Positions 24,495 to 26,524 of a stretch of 26,524 bases of DNA are shown here, one piece after another. The notes beneath the pieces were generated by a model. It was not told where the DNA came from. It saw only the letters and a program-made list of their open reading frames with translations, and made no database searches. Source of the stretch: a virus (Duplodnaviria; Heunggongvirae; Uroviricota; Caudoviricetes). A program made the translations under genes and the position numbers. The number at the start of each line of letters is the position of its first letter. Position 1 is the stretch's first letter. Where the stretch lies: the IMG/VR virus record IMGVR_UViG_2541047721_000003. One strand, 5' to 3'.

Positions 24495-25016
24495 TTAGTT
24501 GCCTCTGTTGTTTCTGAGTTGGTCCAGTTTTGAGCTTCTGCCTGTATAAACTCGCTTACCGTTAATGGTCTGGCAGTCTTCTTTATTAGCTGGAGAGAAC
24601 TTCCTTTTCTGGCGGTCATACGTCCAGTAACTTTTCCAGTTGTGCCATTCTGGGGGCTCGTGCTCTGGTAGCTCATCAGCCAACTTGTCCCACTCTTTGG
24701 CGTTAAACCACCATACTCCGTCTGAGTTTTCATCTTCCGGGTTTGTGCGCGTCTTGTGTCCCGGCATTTGACCGCGATGAATGGCTACGCGCAGTGCAGA
24801 TTTTGTTAGCCCAATATATGCCGCGCCTTTTTCCAGAGAGCAAAGCCCGGCGATCGGACCATCCAGCCGCAAAGTCGCTCCTTTTTTGTAGGAACGCTTT
24901 TTCTTGTTTTCTTCGTGCTCGTCGTCGTTGGCGGCATCAATGGATCCGCTGAGTGCGTCACTTTCCTGAAGTGGTTGGTGGTCAGATAACTCTTTATCGG
25001 CAATGAAGTCCCGCAT
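24495..25016 (-). CDS. Early regulator in the Cox/Apl position (putative HTH DNA-binding protein; possible excisionase / switch regulator)
   Basis: 173 aa, ATG at 25016 with AAGAGG RBS. Divergent from the repressor gene across an about 100-bp switch region. HTH-like segment LTKSALRVAIHRGQMPG. Larger than P2 Cox (91 aa), so assignment is by position only. Confidence 0.5.
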   Translation of the reverse strand: MRDFIADKELSDHQPLQESDALSGSIDAANDDEHEENKKKRSYKKGATLRLDGPIAGLCSLEKGAAYIGLTKSALRVAIHRGQMPGHKTRTNPEDENSDGVWWFNAKEWDKLADELPEHEPPEWHNWKSYWTYDRQKRKFSPANKEDCQTINGKRVYTGRSSKLDQLRNNRGN

Positions 25017-25075
25017 TTGTTATCCTCTTGCGTTGGTGCGCTTGTCGCGCCTTGTGATGGTTTGTTTTGGCTTGT

Positions 25076-25131
25076 AAAGATAACCAAAAGGTTATCTTTG
25101 TGCGAGAGGTTAATACTCAAATGGTTATCTT
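25076..25131. promoter_or_regulatory. Immunity-switch operator candidates
   Basis: Perfect palindrome AAAGATAACC-AAAA-GGTTATCTTT (25076..25099) plus a third GGTTATCTT half-site at 25123..25131 overlapping the proposed C start codon. Confidence 0.5.
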
Positions 25132-25462
25132 GTCAATAGACTACGCAAAAAAGTTACGTCAGATACGTAAGGCGGAAGGGTTAACACAAAAGCAGTTTGC
25201 GGATATTACTGGGTTGTCTTTGGCAACCATAAGGAATTACGAATCGGGGCAAAAGAACGCTAGAGCAAAAATCGTTGAGGCGGTTCTGCAAGTCGATCGC
25301 TTTGAAAAATACATGCTGTGGCTAATAAAAGATAAGACGCTACCTGTCGCCGGGCAGATTGCTCCGGCTCTCTCTCTTGATGGATCTATTCAGTCGGAGG
25401 GCGATCAGGTTTCAATCGGTATTACCCAAAAATCACCCCGATCAGGCCGCAATGTTGGCTGA
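25121..25462 (+). CDS. C: Immunity repressor C (HTH, XRE-like)
   Basis: 113 aa from ATG 25121 (GAGAGG RBS); the track's 25067 start is TTG. HTH segment LTQKQFADITGLSLATIRNYESG. Upstream of and co-oriented with int, as in P2. Confidence 0.7.
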   Translation: MVILSIDYAKKLRQIRKAEGLTQKQFADITGLSLATIRNYESGQKNARAKIVEAVLQVDRFEKYMLWLIKDKTLPVAGQIAPALSLDGSIQSEGDQVSIGITQKSPRSGRNVG

Positions 25463-25531
25463 CTCTACACATTGAGCGAATTACATATCGCAAGGAGTGT
25501 TTAGTTAATTTATCCGTTGGAGGGGCTAATC

Positions 25532-26524
25532 ATGTCGATTAAGCAACTCAAAGACGGACGTTATCAGGTCGATGTCAGACCGCAGGGGGCGGAAGGAAAG
25601 CGGATTCGAAAAATCTTTGCCCTGAAATCAAAGGCTCAGGAGTTTGAGAAGTATGTGTTACAGAACTTTCATGACAAGCCATGGCAGGCTAAGCCAGCTG
25701 ATCAGCGGCGATTATCAGAGCTGCTTGATGCGTGGTGGATGCTTGATGGGCGTAATCAGGCTTACGGGGATAGCTACAGGGTTAGGCTAGGGAAGGTTGT
25801 TCGTGAAATGGGAGATCCTCGCGCCAGTCAGATGACGCGAAAATTTATGCTTGAATATCGGTCAGAGAAATTACAGGCCGGATTAATGCCGTCCAGTATT
25901 AATCGTGACTTATGCGTACTGTCTACCATGTTCACGGTGCTGATTGAAGCTGAGGTCTTTCACAACGCGAACCCTGTACGCGGTATACGAAAACTGAAAG
26001 TTCAGAACACAGAGATGGCCTTTCTTTCTGATGATGAGATTGAACGGCTTCTTGAGCGACTGGAGGGTGATGCGCGTCGTGTTGCCATTCTGTGTCTTTC
26101 TACTGGTGCCCGATGGAGTGAAGCATCGGAACTACGTGGAGAGCATATCGTTGGCAACCGGGTGACGTTCTTTAACACCAAAAACGGAAAATCCCGTTCG
26201 GTTCCTGTGGCGGATTCGGTCGTGCCTCTGATTAAAACCCGTCGAACGGGGTTATTGTATCAGGTTGATTATCTGAAGTTCCGGGAGATTCTTCAGGAGG
26301 TGAAACCGGATTTGCCGAAGGGGCAGGCTACGCATGTCATGCGTCATACATTTGCCACACACTTTATGATGAATGGCGGAAATATTGTTACGTTGCAACG
26401 AATCCTGGGGCACGCAACGATTCAGCAAACAATGACGTACGCTCATTTTTCGCCGGACTTTTTACTGGACGCGATCAACTTTAATCCGCTGGCTGAAAGT
26501 GTCCATAAACTGTCCATCGATTAG
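25532..26524 (+). CDS. int: Tyrosine integrase (P2 Int-like)
   Basis: 330 aa from ATG 25532 (GGAGGGG RBS); the track's 25517 start is TTG. C-terminal catalytic region HVMRHTFATHF...LGHATIQQTMTYAHF with the conserved R/H/Y context. Stop codon is the last three bases of the window. Confidence 0.9.
   Translation: MSIKQLKDGRYQVDVRPQGAEGKRIRKIFALKSKAQEFEKYVLQNFHDKPWQAKPADQRRLSELLDAWWMLDGRNQAYGDSYRVRLGKVVREMGDPRASQMTRKFMLEYRSEKLQAGLMPSSINRDLCVLSTMFTVLIEAEVFHNANPVRGIRKLKVQNTEMAFLSDDEIERLLERLEGDARRVAILCLSTGARWSEASELRGEHIVGNRVTFFNTKNGKSRSVPVADSVVPLIKTRRTGLLYQVDYLKFREILQEVKPDLPKGQATHVMRHTFATHFMMNGGNIVTLQRILGHATIQQTMTYAHFSPDFLLDAINFNPLAESVHKLSID

Noticed and set aside
24068-24733. Long 221-aa version of the AT-rich gene starting at ATG 24733
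   Set aside because: Its first 81 codons overlap the 3' end of the Cox-position gene in another frame and are S/T/G-rich low complexity. The ATG at 24490 just after the upstream stop was preferred.
25067-25120. N-terminal extension of the repressor ORF from 25067
   Set aside because: The start is TTG and the extension would cover the operator palindrome. The ATG at 25121 with a GAGAGG RBS was preferred. The same reasoning was applied to the TTG start of int at 25517.
1-26524. CRISPR array, insertion sequence or transposase
   Set aside because: No regularly spaced direct repeats with unique spacers and no transposase-like ORF were seen. The repeats found are short iterons and palindromes in regulatory positions.

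Overview
The window is most of a P2-like (Peduovirus-type) temperate prophage, lying inverted relative to the classical P2 map. On the minus strand, left to right: tail fibre H (N-terminus only, runs off the left edge), tail/baseplate genes I, J, W, V, S, R, then a lysis cassette (overlapped Rz1/Rz-type spanins, M15-peptidase endolysin, holin), then head genes X, L, M, N, O. Terminase P and portal Q are divergent on the plus strand. Between Q and the rolling-circle replication gene A is a cargo region carrying an AT-rich orphan gene, a cos-like segment with iterons, a two-gene operon whose first product has a ClpX-type zinc-binding domain, and a ParM/ParR/parC-like actin-type partition cassette. 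Upstream of A is the early operon, which carries further cargo: an SPFH/band-7 lipoprotein module, an AT-rich convergent gene pair and several small ORFs. The immunity switch (Cox/Apl-position regulator divergent from an HTH repressor C) and a tyrosine integrase close the window; the integrase stop codon is the last three bases, so the attachment site is outside. A large DUF1737+SASA-type (NanS-p-like) esterase gene is translationally coupled into the late lysis/tail operon. All calls rest on reading the six-frame translations, start/stop contexts and motifs recalled from memory; no database search was run, and residue numbers and GC values are manual estimates. No tRNA, rRNA, CRISPR array or transposase was seen. 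The ORF track reports TTG/GTG-initiated ORFs with a leading M, so several starts were re-derived from the DNA.
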